From the NCBI GenBank assembly GCA_016235775.1, contig JACRIU010000102.1, forward strand, positions 32,721 to 96,720: 64,000 nt of DNA, written 5' to 3'. This stretch comes from Hydrogenophilales bacterium (GTDB taxonomy: Bacteria; Pseudomonadota; Gammaproteobacteria; Burkholderiales; Thiobacteraceae). The notes beneath the pieces are model-generated. The model was not told the origin of the DNA, did no database searches, and saw only the letters and a program-made list of their open reading frames with translations. The position numbers and the translations under genes are program-made. Shown here one piece after another: positions 26,653 through 36,143 of the stretch; position 1 is the stretch's first letter, and each line of letters opens with the position of its first letter.

Positions 26653-27432
26653 TTGAAGGAGATGGGTAACTTGTCAAATCGTATTGAGCGCCGGCGGGAT
26701 GCGCGGCAGTGGTTCGAGACCACGCTGGGCGGCTACGTGCTGGCGCGGGAGCAGGCCTATTTCGATGAAACCGTGAGCGATATCTTCGGTTTCAACGCGC
26801 TGCAACTCGGCTTGCCGCAATACGATTTATTGCGCGCGAGCCGCATCCCGCTACGGCTGGCCCTCGATATGCACCCTCCGGCGCGGCTCATTAGCGATTT
26901 CAGTCATTTACCCATCGCAAGCCAGAGCGTCGATCTCGCACTGATGCCGCATGTGCTGGAATTTTCCGCGACGCCGCATCAGATTTTGCGCGAGGTGGAG
27001 CGGGTGTTGATGCCCGAGGGGCATGTGATCATCACCGGCTTCAATCCCTTGAGCTGGTGGGGTGTGGGCCATCTCATCAAGCGCCGCTGCGGGGATTATC
27101 CCTGGCGCGGCAATTTCATCGGCTTGCCGCGCGTCAAGGATTGGCTTGCGCTGCTCGGGCTCGAAGTGGTGGCCGGGCGCTTGTCGTGTTATGCGCCGCC
27201 GCTGCAAAGCGCGCAATGGCTGGAGCGGTTTCAATTCATGGAAGCCGCCGGCGATCGCTGGTGGCCGCTCGGCGGCGGCGTGTATTTTCTGCTCGCCAAA
27301 AAACGCGTGCACAGCATGCGGCTGATCATGCCCAGTTGGAAAGAACGCCTGGCGGCGCAGGGCCGTATCGCTCCGGCCGCGCAGAAGGAACTGACGCAGC
27401 GCCATTCACAAAAGGAAACCGAGCTTGTCTGA
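26653..27432 (+). CDS. Class I SAM-dependent methyltransferase (conserved gloB-rnhA neighbour)
   Basis: 259-aa ORF with a methyltransferase-11-like core ([12 protein letters not shown]...[16 protein letters not shown]). Exact start uncertain: the AAGGAG SD suggests TTG at 26671. Confidence 0.75.
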   Translation: MKEMGNLSNRIERRRDARQWFETTLGGYVLAREQAYFDETVSDIFGFNALQLGLPQYDLLRASRIPLRLALDMHPPARLISDFSHLPIASQSVDLALMPHVLEFSATPHQILREVERVLMPEGHVIITGFNPLSWWGVGHLIKRRCGDYPWRGNFIGLPRVKDWLALLGLEVVAGRLSCYAPPLQSAQWLERFQFMEAAGDRWWPLGGGVYFLLAKKRVHSMRLIMPSWKERLAAQGRIAPAAQKELTQRHSQKETELV

Positions 27433-27868
27433 AGTAGTCGTGGAAATCTTTACCGATGGCGCCTGCAAGGGCAATCCCGGCCCCGGCGGATGGGGCGCGC
27501 TGCTGCGCTACGGCAAAACGGAAAAAGAGCTGTGCGGCGGCGAGCGCTTGACCACCAACAACCGCATGGAACTATTGGCGGTGATCCGCGCGCTGGAATC
27601 GCTCAAGCGGCGCTGCGCGGTGAAACTGCATACCGACTCGCAATATGTGCAAAAAGGCATCAGCGAGTGGATCATCAACTGGAAAAAACGCGGCTGGAAA
27701 ACCGCTGACAAAAAACCAGTCAAAAACGAGGACCTGTGGCGCGAGCTGGATCAACTCGCCGCGCAACACCACATCGAATGGATCTGGGTCAAAGGCCATG
27801 CCGGCCACGACGGCAACGAACGCGCGGATGCCTTGGCGAACAAGGGCTGCGAGGGGCAAGGAATTTAA
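27425..27868 (+). CDS. rnhA: Ribonuclease HI
   Basis: [25 protein letters not shown]...TTNNRMEL...LHTDSQYV...[19 protein letters not shown] is the canonical RNase H pattern. Confidence 0.95.
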   Translation: MSEVVVEIFTDGACKGNPGPGGWGALLRYGKTEKELCGGERLTTNNRMELLAVIRALESLKRRCAVKLHTDSQYVQKGISEWIINWKKRGWKTADKKPVKNEDLWRELDQLAAQHHIEWIWVKGHAGHDGNERADALANKGCEGQGI

Positions 27869-27878
27869 CAAAAAATCC

Positions 27879-27999
27879 AGCCACAGAGGACACAGAGTTC
27901 ACAGAGAGAGCGCGGTTCATAAAGTAATTTTCTATCGTCTCGCCGGGGGCAGGTATTAAACAAAGCTTTCCTCTGTGTTCTCTGTGCCCTCTGTGGCAA
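27879..27999. repeat. CACAGAG-periodic hairpin element (full copy)
   Basis: Arms AGCCACAGAGGACACAGAGTTCACAGAGAG / CCTCTGTGTTCTCTGTGCCCTCTGTGGCAA with a ~60-nt loop. Lies between rnhA and dnaQ. Confidence 0.85.
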
Positions 28000-28035
28000 A
28001 TTGCTTTTGACTTAATTACTTTAATCGGAACCACC

Positions 28036-28740
28036 ATGCGTCAAATCTTTCTCGACACTGAAACCACCGGCCTGAGCCCCGCGCTCGGCCATCGCATTAT
28101 CGAAGTCGCCGCGGTGGAGATGGTGAACCGGCGGCTCACCGGCAATCACTTTCACTGTTACCTGAATCCGGAGCGCGAGATCGATGCCGGGGCGCAGCAG
28201 GTACACGGCATTACGCTCGAATTTTTGCAGGACAAGCCCAGGTTCGCCGATGTGGCTCGGGAATTCATCGAGTTCGTTCAGGGCGGAGAATTGATCATTC
28301 ATAACGCGCCGTTCGACGTGGGGTTTCTCAACCATGAATTGTCGCTGATGAGTCAAGCGGCCATCGACAGCGTGTGCGCCAGCGTGATCGATACGCTCAA
28401 GCTGGCCAAGGAGCTGCACCCAGGGCAGAAGAATAATCTCGATGCCTTGTGCAAGCGCTATGCGGTCGATAACTCGAACCGCACCTTGCACGGCGCGCTG
28501 CTCGACGCGGAATTATTGGCCGATGTGTATATCGCCATGACGCGCGGCCAGGACAGCTTGTTGATCGATGTGAACGAGCCGGATGAAATAATAATGGATG
28601 CGTCAGGCGCGCTGCCCAAGGCGCCGCTGCGGGTTGTGCGCGCGAGCGAGGAGGAACTGGCGGCGCATGCCGCCTTGCTTGCGGATATCGACAAAGAAAG
28701 TAAGGGCGCTTGTGTTTGGAATCAAGCAGAAGCGGGATAA
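28036..28740 (+). CDS. dnaQ: DNA polymerase III epsilon subunit (3'-5' exonuclease)
   Basis: Exo motifs MRQIFLDTETTGL, HNAPFDVGFL and HGALLDAELLADVY. Confidence 0.93.
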   Translation: MRQIFLDTETTGLSPALGHRIIEVAAVEMVNRRLTGNHFHCYLNPEREIDAGAQQVHGITLEFLQDKPRFADVAREFIEFVQGGELIIHNAPFDVGFLNHELSLMSQAAIDSVCASVIDTLKLAKELHPGQKNNLDALCKRYAVDNSNRTLHGALLDAELLADVYIAMTRGQDSLLIDVNEPDEIIMDASGALPKAPLRVVRASEEELAAHAALLADIDKESKGACVWNQAEAG

Positions 28741-28795
28741 ACCCGCCGTATCAAGCAGCCGGCAACACCATGTGGATAGGGGTAAAGGAGGCAGT

Positions 28796-30730
28796 ATGAA
28801 AAAGGGATGGCCTGGCGCCATGGCGGCGCTCGGGCTGGCCGGCATTTCGTCATCCGCGCTCGGCGCGTCGGAGCAGGATTTTCTGGGCGAAGTGCCGATC
28901 GTGTTGTCGGTCTCGCGTTTGGCGCAGCCGGTGTCGGAGGCGCCGTCGGCCACGACGATTATCGATCGGGAAATGATTCGTGCCAGCGGTTTTCGCGAAT
29001 TGTCGGATGTGCTGCGCTTGGCGCCGGGATTTTACGTGGGCAACTACAACGGCACCGAGCCGGTGGTGAGCCATGGTTTGCCGAATCGTTATTTCGGCCG
29101 GATGCAAGTGTTGGTGGATGGCCGCTCGGTCTATACCCCCTTATTCGGACAAGTTCCCTGGACCAGCCTGCCGCTCGCGCTGGACGATATCGAGCGCATC
29201 GAGGTGGTGCGCGGTCCGAATGCCGCTTCTTTCGGGGCGAATTCTTTTCTCGGCGTGATCAATATCATCACCCGGCATGCGGCGGAGGACGCCGGCGCAT
29301 TGATCAGCCTGAGCAATGGCGGCAATGGCGTCGGCGACGTCACCGCGCGCCATGGGGGCAAGGCCGGGGCCTTTGATTATCGCCTCACCGCCGGCTTTCA
29401 TAATGATGGCGGCTTCGCCAACCGGCCCGACGACAAACGTATCTCCACCTTGTCCGGACGCGCCGACCGGCGTTTGAATACCACGGATAGTTTGCAACTG
29501 CAGGGCGGCGTGACCTTGGGCGTGCAGTCACAAGGCTACGTGCCGAACCCCGTGGATACGCCGCGCGACCAGAATGTGTCGAATTACTTCATGCAATTGC
29601 GCTGGCAGCGCGTGTCGGCGCCCGACGATGAAATGTCGTTGCAGCTCTATCACACCGCCGTCAGCACGCGGGAAACGACGGTTACGGATCCCTTTACCTC
29701 AAGCGGGCTCAACGTCCTGACGACGAATATCGTCCACCACACCCGCGCGGAGCGTTGGGATGTGGAAGCCCAGCGAATCCAGTCGATCGCCAAAAATCTG
29801 CGCGTGGTATGGGGCGGCAGCGCGCGCCTCGACCAGATTTATTCTCCGCTCTATCTCGGCTCGGATAAAACCGAACGCTCGCGCCTGTTGCGCGGCTTCG
29901 GCAATGTGGAATGGCATGCGACGCCGGATCTGGTTTTGAATGCCGGCGCGATGTGGGAGCACAACTCGATTACCGGCAGCGATATTTCGCCGCGCGTCGC
30001 GCTGAACTATCACCTCACGCGCCGGCAGACGCTGCGCCTGGGCTATTCCCAGGCGTTGCGCACGCCGACCATGCTGGAAGAGCGGGGTAATTACAACTTG
30101 ACATTGCCGGTGCAGGGACTCGGCTTGGTGACCATTCCGGAATACCACACTACTGGCGGCTTGGCGCCGGAACGGATCGCCAGCCGGGAGCTGGCCTATC
30201 TATTCGAAGCGCCGGAATACCGGCTTGCTTTCGATGTGCGCGCCTATCATGACAGCCTGGATGACTTGATCGACACGACGAAGTTACAAGCCACGTTTAA
30301 TAACTATTATGTTTTCAGCAATAAATATCAGGCAACGCTGAGGGGGATTGAAACCCAGGCCCGCTGGCGCGGTGAAGCCACGCGCGTCTGGTTCTCGCAT
30401 GCCTACTCGCATATCCAAACGGATAATGCCGGGTTGCGCCAATCCACGCCGCATCACATGTACAGCATGCTGGCGTCCCAGGATATGCCGTGGGACGTAC
30501 AGGTCAGCGCGGGTTATTACCGCGTGACCGCCATGGAGCCGCTCGGCGACGGCACGCCGCTGAAGCCCTACCAGCGCTACGATTTCCGCCTCGCCAAAAG
30601 CTTCAAGCTCGCGGGGCAGCCGGCGGAACTGTCCTTGATCATCCAGAACGCGTTTAAACCCTATTCCGATTTCCGCCGCGAAAATCAGTTCGATACCCGG
30701 AGCTGGGTCACCTTCCGCTTGGGGCAATAA
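28796..30730 (+). CDS. TonB-dependent outer-membrane receptor
   Basis: AAGGAGG SD before the ATG at 28796, signal peptide, plug region (APSATTIIDREMIRASGFRELSDVLRLAPGFYV) and a C-terminal beta-barrel ending in an aromatic-rich motif. The ORF-track start at 28598 overlaps dnaQ and is rejected. Confidence 0.88.
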   Translation: MKKGWPGAMAALGLAGISSSALGASEQDFLGEVPIVLSVSRLAQPVSEAPSATTIIDREMIRASGFRELSDVLRLAPGFYVGNYNGTEPVVSHGLPNRYFGRMQVLVDGRSVYTPLFGQVPWTSLPLALDDIERIEVVRGPNAASFGANSFLGVINIITRHAAEDAGALISLSNGGNGVGDVTARHGGKAGAFDYRLTAGFHNDGGFANRPDDKRISTLSGRADRRLNTTDSLQLQGGVTLGVQSQGYVPNPVDTPRDQNVSNYFMQLRWQRVSAPDDEMSLQLYHTAVSTRETTVTDPFTSSGLNVLTTNIVHHTRAERWDVEAQRIQSIAKNLRVVWGGSARLDQIYSPLYLGSDKTERSRLLRGFGNVEWHATPDLVLNAGAMWEHNSITGSDISPRVALNYHLTRRQTLRLGYSQALRTPTMLEERGNYNLTLPVQGLGLVTIPEYHTTGGLAPERIASRELAYLFEAPEYRLAFDVRAYHDSLDDLIDTTKLQATFNNYYVFSNKYQATLRGIETQARWRGEATRVWFSHAYSHIQTDNAGLRQSTPHHMYSMLASQDMPWDVQVSAGYYRVTAMEPLGDGTPLKPYQRYDFRLAKSFKLAGQPAELSLIIQNAFKPYSDFRRENQFDTRSWVTFRLGQ

Positions 30731-30733
30731 TCC

Positions 30734-31696
30734 ATGCTATTTGGTATGTTTCCCAGGTTTCGATGTTGTCTCATCAGGCTGAGTTTTGCCTTGGGCATGA
30801 TGCTCGCAGCCAATGCGATGGCGGCTTCGGTCGTCATCGTGCTGAGCGAGGACAGCGCCCCGTATCAAGAGGTCACGGAACGGATTCGCGCCGGGTTCGC
30901 CGGCCTGGGGAATGAGGCGCCAGTCCTGCGCGTGCTTCAGGCGCAGTCGCTGCAAGCGGGAGATGGCGCGTTCACCGCCGCCGATCTGGTGGTGCCGGTC
31001 GGCGTGCGCGCCGTCGAGACCGTCGCCAAGCTCAAGCTCCATGCACCGGTCTTCAGCGTGTTGGCGCCGAAATCCGCAGTCGATCAAATCGCCAAGGAGC
31101 ATCCGGCGCTCGATACGCGCACCTTCTCCGCGCTTTATCTGGATCAGCCGGCGGTGCGGCGCATGGCGCTGATCCGGCAGGCGCTGCCGGGGCGCAAGCG
31201 CGTGGGGGTGCTGCTCGGGCCGGAGTCGTCCGACGCCTTGCGCGCCCTGCAAGCGGCGGCGCGCGAACAGGGCTTGTCGCTGGAAATAGAGCGAGTCGCC
31301 AGCGCGGAAGAGTTGCTGCCTGCCTTGAAGCGCGTGCTGGCCGAGAGCGATACGCTCCTGGTGCTGCCCGATGCGCAGATCGTCAATAAAAACACCGCGC
31401 AGAGCATCTTGCTCACCAGCTATCGCGCGCAAGATCCCGTGGTGGCGTATTCCAAATCCTATGTCAGCGCGGGCGCGCTGGCGGCCGTGTATTCCACCCC
31501 GGCGCAGATCGGGCAGCAAGCGGCGGAACTGCTGGCGCGCATGGTTCAAGCCAAGCCACTGGCGCTGCCGCCCCCGCAGTATCCCAAATATTTTTCAGTC
31601 AGCATCAACTATCAGGTAGCACGCTCGCTCGGTCTGGCAATCGAGGACGAAGCGGTGTTATTGCAGCGAATCAAAGCAGGAACGGAGCGCGATTAA
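30734..31696 (+). CDS. ABC_sub_bind-type periplasmic binding protein (no cognate permease/ATPase nearby)
   Basis: 320 aa with signal peptide. Overall pattern resembles the PF04392-like family (recalled from memory). 3-nt gap to the receptor gene and 1-nt gap to the next gene. Confidence 0.65.
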   Translation: MLFGMFPRFRCCLIRLSFALGMMLAANAMAASVVIVLSEDSAPYQEVTERIRAGFAGLGNEAPVLRVLQAQSLQAGDGAFTAADLVVPVGVRAVETVAKLKLHAPVFSVLAPKSAVDQIAKEHPALDTRTFSALYLDQPAVRRMALIRQALPGRKRVGVLLGPESSDALRALQAAAREQGLSLEIERVASAEELLPALKRVLAESDTLLVLPDAQIVNKNTAQSILLTSYRAQDPVVAYSKSYVSAGALAAVYSTPAQIGQQAAELLARMVQAKPLALPPPQYPKYFSVSINYQVARSLGLAIEDEAVLLQRIKAGTERD

Positions 31697-31697
31697 C

Positions 31698-33806
31698 ATG
31701 AAAAACTGGGGCATTAAAGGCAAAGTTTTATTTCTCGCGCTCGCACCGGCGGCCTTGATCGCGGCGGTATTGGCGCTGCATTTCGTCAACAGCCGCATCG
31801 CCGATCTGGAGCAATCGCTGCGCGAGCGCGGCCTGGCGATCTCGCGCCAGCTCGCGCCGGCCAGCGAATACGGGGTGTTCGCCGGCAATCGCGACATCCT
31901 GCAACGCCTGACCGATGCGGCGCTGAAGGAGGCCGATATCAATTGGGTCGTGATCACCGATATCAATGGCGACATTTTGGCGACGAGCGGCAAACCCAGC
32001 CGCCTGCCGCATGTGGCCGACGCCCACGCCGGATTGGATTTTGCCGTGGCCGAAACCGGCTCCGCGCTGACCTTCAGCGCGCCGGTGCGATTGAGCCAGA
32101 TCGAACTGGACGATGTCGCCGGCAGCCTGCACGGCGCCATCGTCACGGCCAGCGAAGCGCCGCGCGTGCGCAGCGTCGGCCGCGTGTATGTGGAAATGAG
32201 CCGCGCCGGCACCGTGCGGCGCAAGAACGAGCTGATCCGCAATGGCTTGGTGATCATGCTGCTCGGTTTGGCGGGGAGCGGGCTATTCGCGTTCCGCATG
32301 AGCCGCGAGGTGACACGCCCGATACAGCGATTATGCCGCGCAGTGCGGCAGATCGGCGCCGGCAATCTCGATGTGCGCGTGGCGGAAGATTCGGCGGGCG
32401 AGTTGCAAGTGCTGGAAGAGGGCATCAACAACATGGCCACGACCCTGAAGATGTCGCGTGATAATTTGCAGGACAAAATCGCCGAGGCGACCACGCGACT
32501 GTCCTATCAAGCCGCGCATGACACACTGACCGGCTTGCCCAACCGGCGCGAATTCGAGCTGCGCGTGGAGCGCGCATTGACCGGCGCGCGCGAGCAGCAT
32601 CAGACGCACACGCTGTGCTATCTCGATCTGGATCAATTCAAAGTGGTGAACGACACCAGCGGCCATGTGGCGGGCGACGAGCTGCTGCGCCAGTTGGCGG
32701 TACTGCTGCAAGGCAAGCTGCGCGACCGCGATACGCTGGCGCGCCTGGGCGGCGATGAGTTCGGTGTGCTGCTGGAAAATTGCAACCTGGAGCAGGCGCA
32801 ACCTATCGCCGAAGTGCTGCGGCAAATGGTGAAAGAGTTTCGCTTTGTGTGGCACGACAAGCCATTCATGATCGGCGTCAGTATCGGGCTGGTGGCGATT
32901 ACCGGCGAGAGCGAGAGTTTATCGGCGCTGTTCAGCTCCGCCGACGCCGCCTGCTACGCCGCTAAAGATCGCGGTCGCAACCGCGTGCATGTGTATGAGG
33001 AAGAAGATATCGAGCTGGTGCGCCGGCGCGGCGAGATGCAGTGGGTGGGCCGCATTACCCGCGCCATGGAGGAAAACCGGCTGCGCCTGTTTGTGCAGCC
33101 GATCGTGCCCTTATTCCCCAGCCCGGATGCGGATGTGCACTATGAAATGCTGCTGCGCATGCTCGACGATGATGGCCATATGATCTTGCCGATGGCCTTC
33201 ATCCCCGCCGCCGAACGCTACAACCTCATGACCTCGATCGACCGTTGGGTGATCAGCGCCGCGTTTTCCACGTTCCACCAGTTGTTTCCCGTTGTGACGG
33301 GCGGCGGTAAATCAATTTGCACCGTGAATTTGTCCGGCCACACGCTGTGCGACGAGCATTTTCTCGATTTCGTCGAGCGCCAGTTCAGCATCAACCATGT
33401 GCCGTATGAATCGATTTGCTTCGAGATCACCGAAACGGCGGCCATCACCAACCTGACCGAGGCGATCGAATTCATTCGCGTGTTGAAAGCGAAAGGCTGC
33501 AAATTCTCGCTCGACGACTTCGGCAGCGGCCTGTCGTCTTTCACCTATTTGAAAAACCTGCCGGTGGATTTCCTCAAAATCGACGGCGCCTTCGTCAAGG
33601 ACATGGAAACCGATCCCATGGACCGCGCCATGGTCGAATCCATCAACCACCTCGGCCATGTGATGGGCCTGAAAACCATCGCCGAATTCGTCGAATCGGA
33701 ACAGATCATGGAGCACCTCAAAGCCATCCAGGTCGATTATGTGCAGGGCGATTGGATCAAAGCGCCGCAGCCGCTCTCCAGCTTGCTGGCGGGTAAATTG
33801 CCTTAA
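31698..33806 (+). CDS. Membrane HAMP-GGDEF-EAL c-di-GMP turnover protein
   Basis: HAMP (RPIQRLCRAVRQIGAGNLDVRV), GGDEF (RLGGDEFGVLL), and intact EAL (EITET, DDFGSGLSSFTYL, KIDGAFV). Confidence 0.92.
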   Translation: MKNWGIKGKVLFLALAPAALIAAVLALHFVNSRIADLEQSLRERGLAISRQLAPASEYGVFAGNRDILQRLTDAALKEADINWVVITDINGDILATSGKPSRLPHVADAHAGLDFAVAETGSALTFSAPVRLSQIELDDVAGSLHGAIVTASEAPRVRSVGRVYVEMSRAGTVRRKNELIRNGLVIMLLGLAGSGLFAFRMSREVTRPIQRLCRAVRQIGAGNLDVRVAEDSAGELQVLEEGINNMATTLKMSRDNLQDKIAEATTRLSYQAAHDTLTGLPNRREFELRVERALTGAREQHQTHTLCYLDLDQFKVVNDTSGHVAGDELLRQLAVLLQGKLRDRDTLARLGGDEFGVLLENCNLEQAQPIAEVLRQMVKEFRFVWHDKPFMIGVSIGLVAITGESESLSALFSSADAACYAAKDRGRNRVHVYEEEDIELVRRRGEMQWVGRITRAMEENRLRLFVQPIVPLFPSPDADVHYEMLLRMLDDDGHMILPMAFIPAAERYNLMTSIDRWVISAAFSTFHQLFPVVTGGGKSICTVNLSGHTLCDEHFLDFVERQFSINHVPYESICFEITETAAITNLTEAIEFIRVLKAKGCKFSLDDFGSGLSSFTYLKNLPVDFLKIDGAFVKDMETDPMDRAMVESINHLGHVMGLKTIAEFVESEQIMEHLKAIQVDYVQGDWIKAPQPLSSLLAGKLP

Positions 33807-33811
33807 GCGGC

Positions 33812-34252
33812 TCAATGCGCCGCCCCCCTTGACTGAGCAACCAGCGCAATCATTTTCATCTCCCCGGGCAATTGTTCGCGCATCTTCTCAAAGCCGGGAT
33901 GCTCGAACAGCCTGCCGCATTCCACCACCAACTGCGTTTTGAGCCACATGCCGCTGAGCACCGCTGTCTTGCGCAGCAAATGCGCCGAGCGCAGTTGCAA
34001 CGCCAACTCGCGCGTGGTGGCCGCCTCGCAAAAGTCATATTCGCCCAAGCCCGGCAGGTGCTTGAAAGCCACGTTTAAATAACCTTGCGCGCGCGGCAGC
34101 CAGGAAGCGAGCGCGCTGGCCCGATGCCGCTGTGCATGATCGGCAATACGCAAAAAAGCGGCCAGCGCATCGTAAAAATCCCACTCCCAGGCGTATATCT
34201 TAAGCGGCTGCATGAGGTGGCAGCGGTTGGTCAACATGGGCATGGCGATCAT
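33812..34252 (-). CDS. Hypothetical helical protein, downstream partner of the DUF4258-like gene
   Basis: 146 aa starting MIAMPMLTNRC. Its ATG overlaps the upstream stop (TGATG at 34250-34254). No family recognised. Confidence 0.55.
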   Translation of the reverse strand: MIAMPMLTNRCHLMQPLKIYAWEWDFYDALAAFLRIADHAQRHRASALASWLPRAQGYLNVAFKHLPGLGEYDFCEAATTRELALQLRSAHLLRKTAVLSGMWLKTQLVVECGRLFEHPGFEKMREQLPGEMKMIALVAQSRGAAH

Positions 34253-34521
34253 CAGTGCAAAGCGCCATGATTGATATCGCGCCGAACCCGGCGTTCCACC
34301 GTAATGACCTCGCCCTCGCGATCCACCAGCGCATATAAAGTGCGGCTGGGCGCGCCGCTGCGCGAGGGGCAGGGCGGCGTGTTCTCTAAATAGATCAGCC
34401 GAGCGCCATCGCATTTGCGCTCGACCCGCCCATGGGCGAGCAGATAGCGCAGCGTGGCGAGTGAAATCCCGCGCTGCTTCATGCGGGCCATAGCGTGGGT
34501 GCTGATTTTTCCGAGTTTCAT
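34252..34521 (-). CDS. DUF4258-like small protein (putative toxin-type component)
   Basis: 89 aa. STHAMARMKQRGISLATLRYLLAHG resembles the DUF4258 N-terminal signature (from memory). AGGAGG SD lies 6 nt before the ATG. Confidence 0.6.
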   Translation of the reverse strand: MKLGKISTHAMARMKQRGISLATLRYLLAHGRVERKCDGARLIYLENTPPCPSRSGAPSRTLYALVDREGEVITVERRVRRDINHGALH

Positions 34522-34602
34522 GGGGTGCCTCCTGGTTAGTGTTTGGCCAGGATACGGGGGGTACTAGCTCATGACGTGAGCCAGTGTTTATGATAGATTT
34601 CA

Positions 34603-34650
34603 CTCTCCCCCTACCCCTCTCCCACTTGTGGGAGAGGGGTAGGGAAAAGG
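34603..34650. repeat. Solo GGGAGAGGGG hairpin repeat (DUF559-associated family)
   Basis: CTCTCCCCCTACCCCTCTCCCACTTGTGGGAGAGGGGTAGGGAAAAGGG. Confidence 0.8.
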
Positions 34651-34667
34651 GAAAAAAGGAGAACCCT

Positions 34668-35645
34668 CTGGACCGCACCGAACGCTTCTACAAAATCGAC
34701 CAGCTCATATCTGAGCGCAAGGTAGTCAATTTCGATACCCTGCGCGAGTCGCTGGAAGTTTCTCCGGCCACGCTCAAGCGTGACATTCAGTACCTGCGCG
34801 ACCGGCACAATGCGCCCATCATTTGGGACCGCAAGGCGGGCGGCTATCGCTATGAAAGAGACAGCGCGCCTGCTGGCAGCCAATTTGAGCTGCCCGGTCT
34901 GTGGTTCAACGCTTCCGAGATTCACGCGCTGCTCACCATGCAGCACCTGCTGGCCACGCTCGATCAAAGCGGCTTGCTCGGCCCGCACATCCAGCCCTTG
35001 ATGGCGCGGCTCAATGGCCTGCTCGGCAGCGCCGACAATACCGGGGAAGAAATCCGCAAGCGCGTGCGCATCATCGGCGCGGGCGCGCGCCGCATGCAAC
35101 TGCAGCATTTTGAAAAAGTCGGCTCGGCTCTGCTGCAACGCAAGCGGCTCCTCATCACCTATCGCGCGCGCGGCAAAAACGAAATTACCGAGCGCGAAGT
35201 CTCGCCGCAGCGACTGGTGCACTACCGAGAAAACTGGTACCTCGATGCCTGGTGCCACCTGCGGCGCGAGCTCCGCAGCTTCGCCGTCGATTCCATCATC
35301 AAAGCCGATCTGCTGGAAACCCTCGCTAAAGCCGTCTCCGAGAAAACCCTCGACGCAGTGCTCGGCGCCGGATATGGCATCTTTTCCGGCAAAAAAGTGC
35401 GATGGGCCAAACTCAAATTCAGCGCCGAGCGGGCGCGCTGGGTGGCGCAGGAACAATGGCACCCCAAGCAAAAAACCAAATTCGAGCCTGACGGCAGCTA
35501 TCTCCTGGCGATACCGTATTCAGACGATCGAGAGTTGGTGATGGATATCCTGCGCCATGGGCCGGAAGTAGAAGTGCTCGCCCCGCAAAAACTGCGTGAG
35601 CGCATCAGCGAATTGGTGGGACAAATGCAGCAGCGCTATCGTTAA
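34668..35645 (+). CDS. HTH-WYL-WCX transcriptional regulator (YafY/PafBC/BrxR-like)
   Basis: N-terminal HTH (FDTLRESLEVSPATLKRDIQYLRD), WYL domain (LLITYRARGKNEITEREVSPQRLVHYRENWYLDAWC), and a C-terminal WCX-like region. An AAGGAG SD 6 nt before CTG 34668 suggests this start. The ORF-track ATG at 34584 would translate through the repeat. Confidence 0.85.
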   Translation: MDRTERFYKIDQLISERKVVNFDTLRESLEVSPATLKRDIQYLRDRHNAPIIWDRKAGGYRYERDSAPAGSQFELPGLWFNASEIHALLTMQHLLATLDQSGLLGPHIQPLMARLNGLLGSADNTGEEIRKRVRIIGAGARRMQLQHFEKVGSALLQRKRLLITYRARGKNEITEREVSPQRLVHYRENWYLDAWCHLRRELRSFAVDSIIKADLLETLAKAVSEKTLDAVLGAGYGIFSGKKVRWAKLKFSAERARWVAQEQWHPKQKTKFEPDGSYLLAIPYSDDRELVMDILRHGPEVEVLAPQKLRERISELVGQMQQRYR

Positions 35646-35651
35646 GGCCGG

Positions 35652-35972
35652 CTACGCCTTTTCATCAATGCTGGGCGGGGGCGGGTCGTCCGGGCGGCGG
35701 CGCTCGTGGCGCCGGTCGCGGCCCAAGCGGGTATCGACCAACACATTTTGGGTGTATTGGCGGCGGTCCCGCTGACGGCGATCTTCGTTTTTGCGGGTAT
35801 CTTCGCCGGCTTGGCGTTGCGGTGGAGCAGGTGGACGTCGCGGACGTACGATCAGCGGGGGCTGAGAGCGTGGCCCCACCGGGCGCAACGGCCGAATACC
35901 CGCCGCCTCCTGTATTTCATACAGGTCTTCTGAAAAGCCAACAGCTGGTGGCGGATCGACTGGAAAGCGCAT
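35652..35972 (-). CDS. Hypothetical Arg/Pro-rich small protein
   Basis: ORF only; low-complexity (DRRQRDRRQ...DRRHERRR). Could be spurious. Confidence 0.25.
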   Translation of the reverse strand: MRFPVDPPPAVGFSEDLYEIQEAAGIRPLRPVGPRSQPPLIVRPRRPPAPPQRQAGEDTRKNEDRRQRDRRQYTQNVLVDTRLGRDRRHERRRPDDPPPPSIDEKA

Positions 35973-36143
35973 TTTGTTCAGTGTTACCGTGTTTTAATCC
36001 CGTCCCCGGTGACGGGCATCTATTTCACCATAAGATAATTTGCGGCATAAACAACTAAAATATTAGTCCACCCAGCCGCTCCGCAGTTCCATTTAAAGTG
36101 CGGGGTCTAGCGGGCGAACCAGCAACCACCTAGAAAGCCAACC

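Noticed and set aside
28598-28795. N-terminal extension of the TonB-dependent receptor ORF overlapping dnaQ.
   Set aside because: The Arg/Cys-rich translation lies inside the dnaQ coding region. A strong AAGGAGG SD and a signal peptide begin at ATG 28796.
33812-34678. 288-aa ORF spanning the whole region upstream of the WYL gene.
   Set aside because: Its N-terminal 142 codons overlap the SD-preceded DUF4258-like ORF in another frame and run through a hairpin repeat. Splitting it into an 89-aa gene plus a 146-aa gene with TGATG coupling is more parsimonious.
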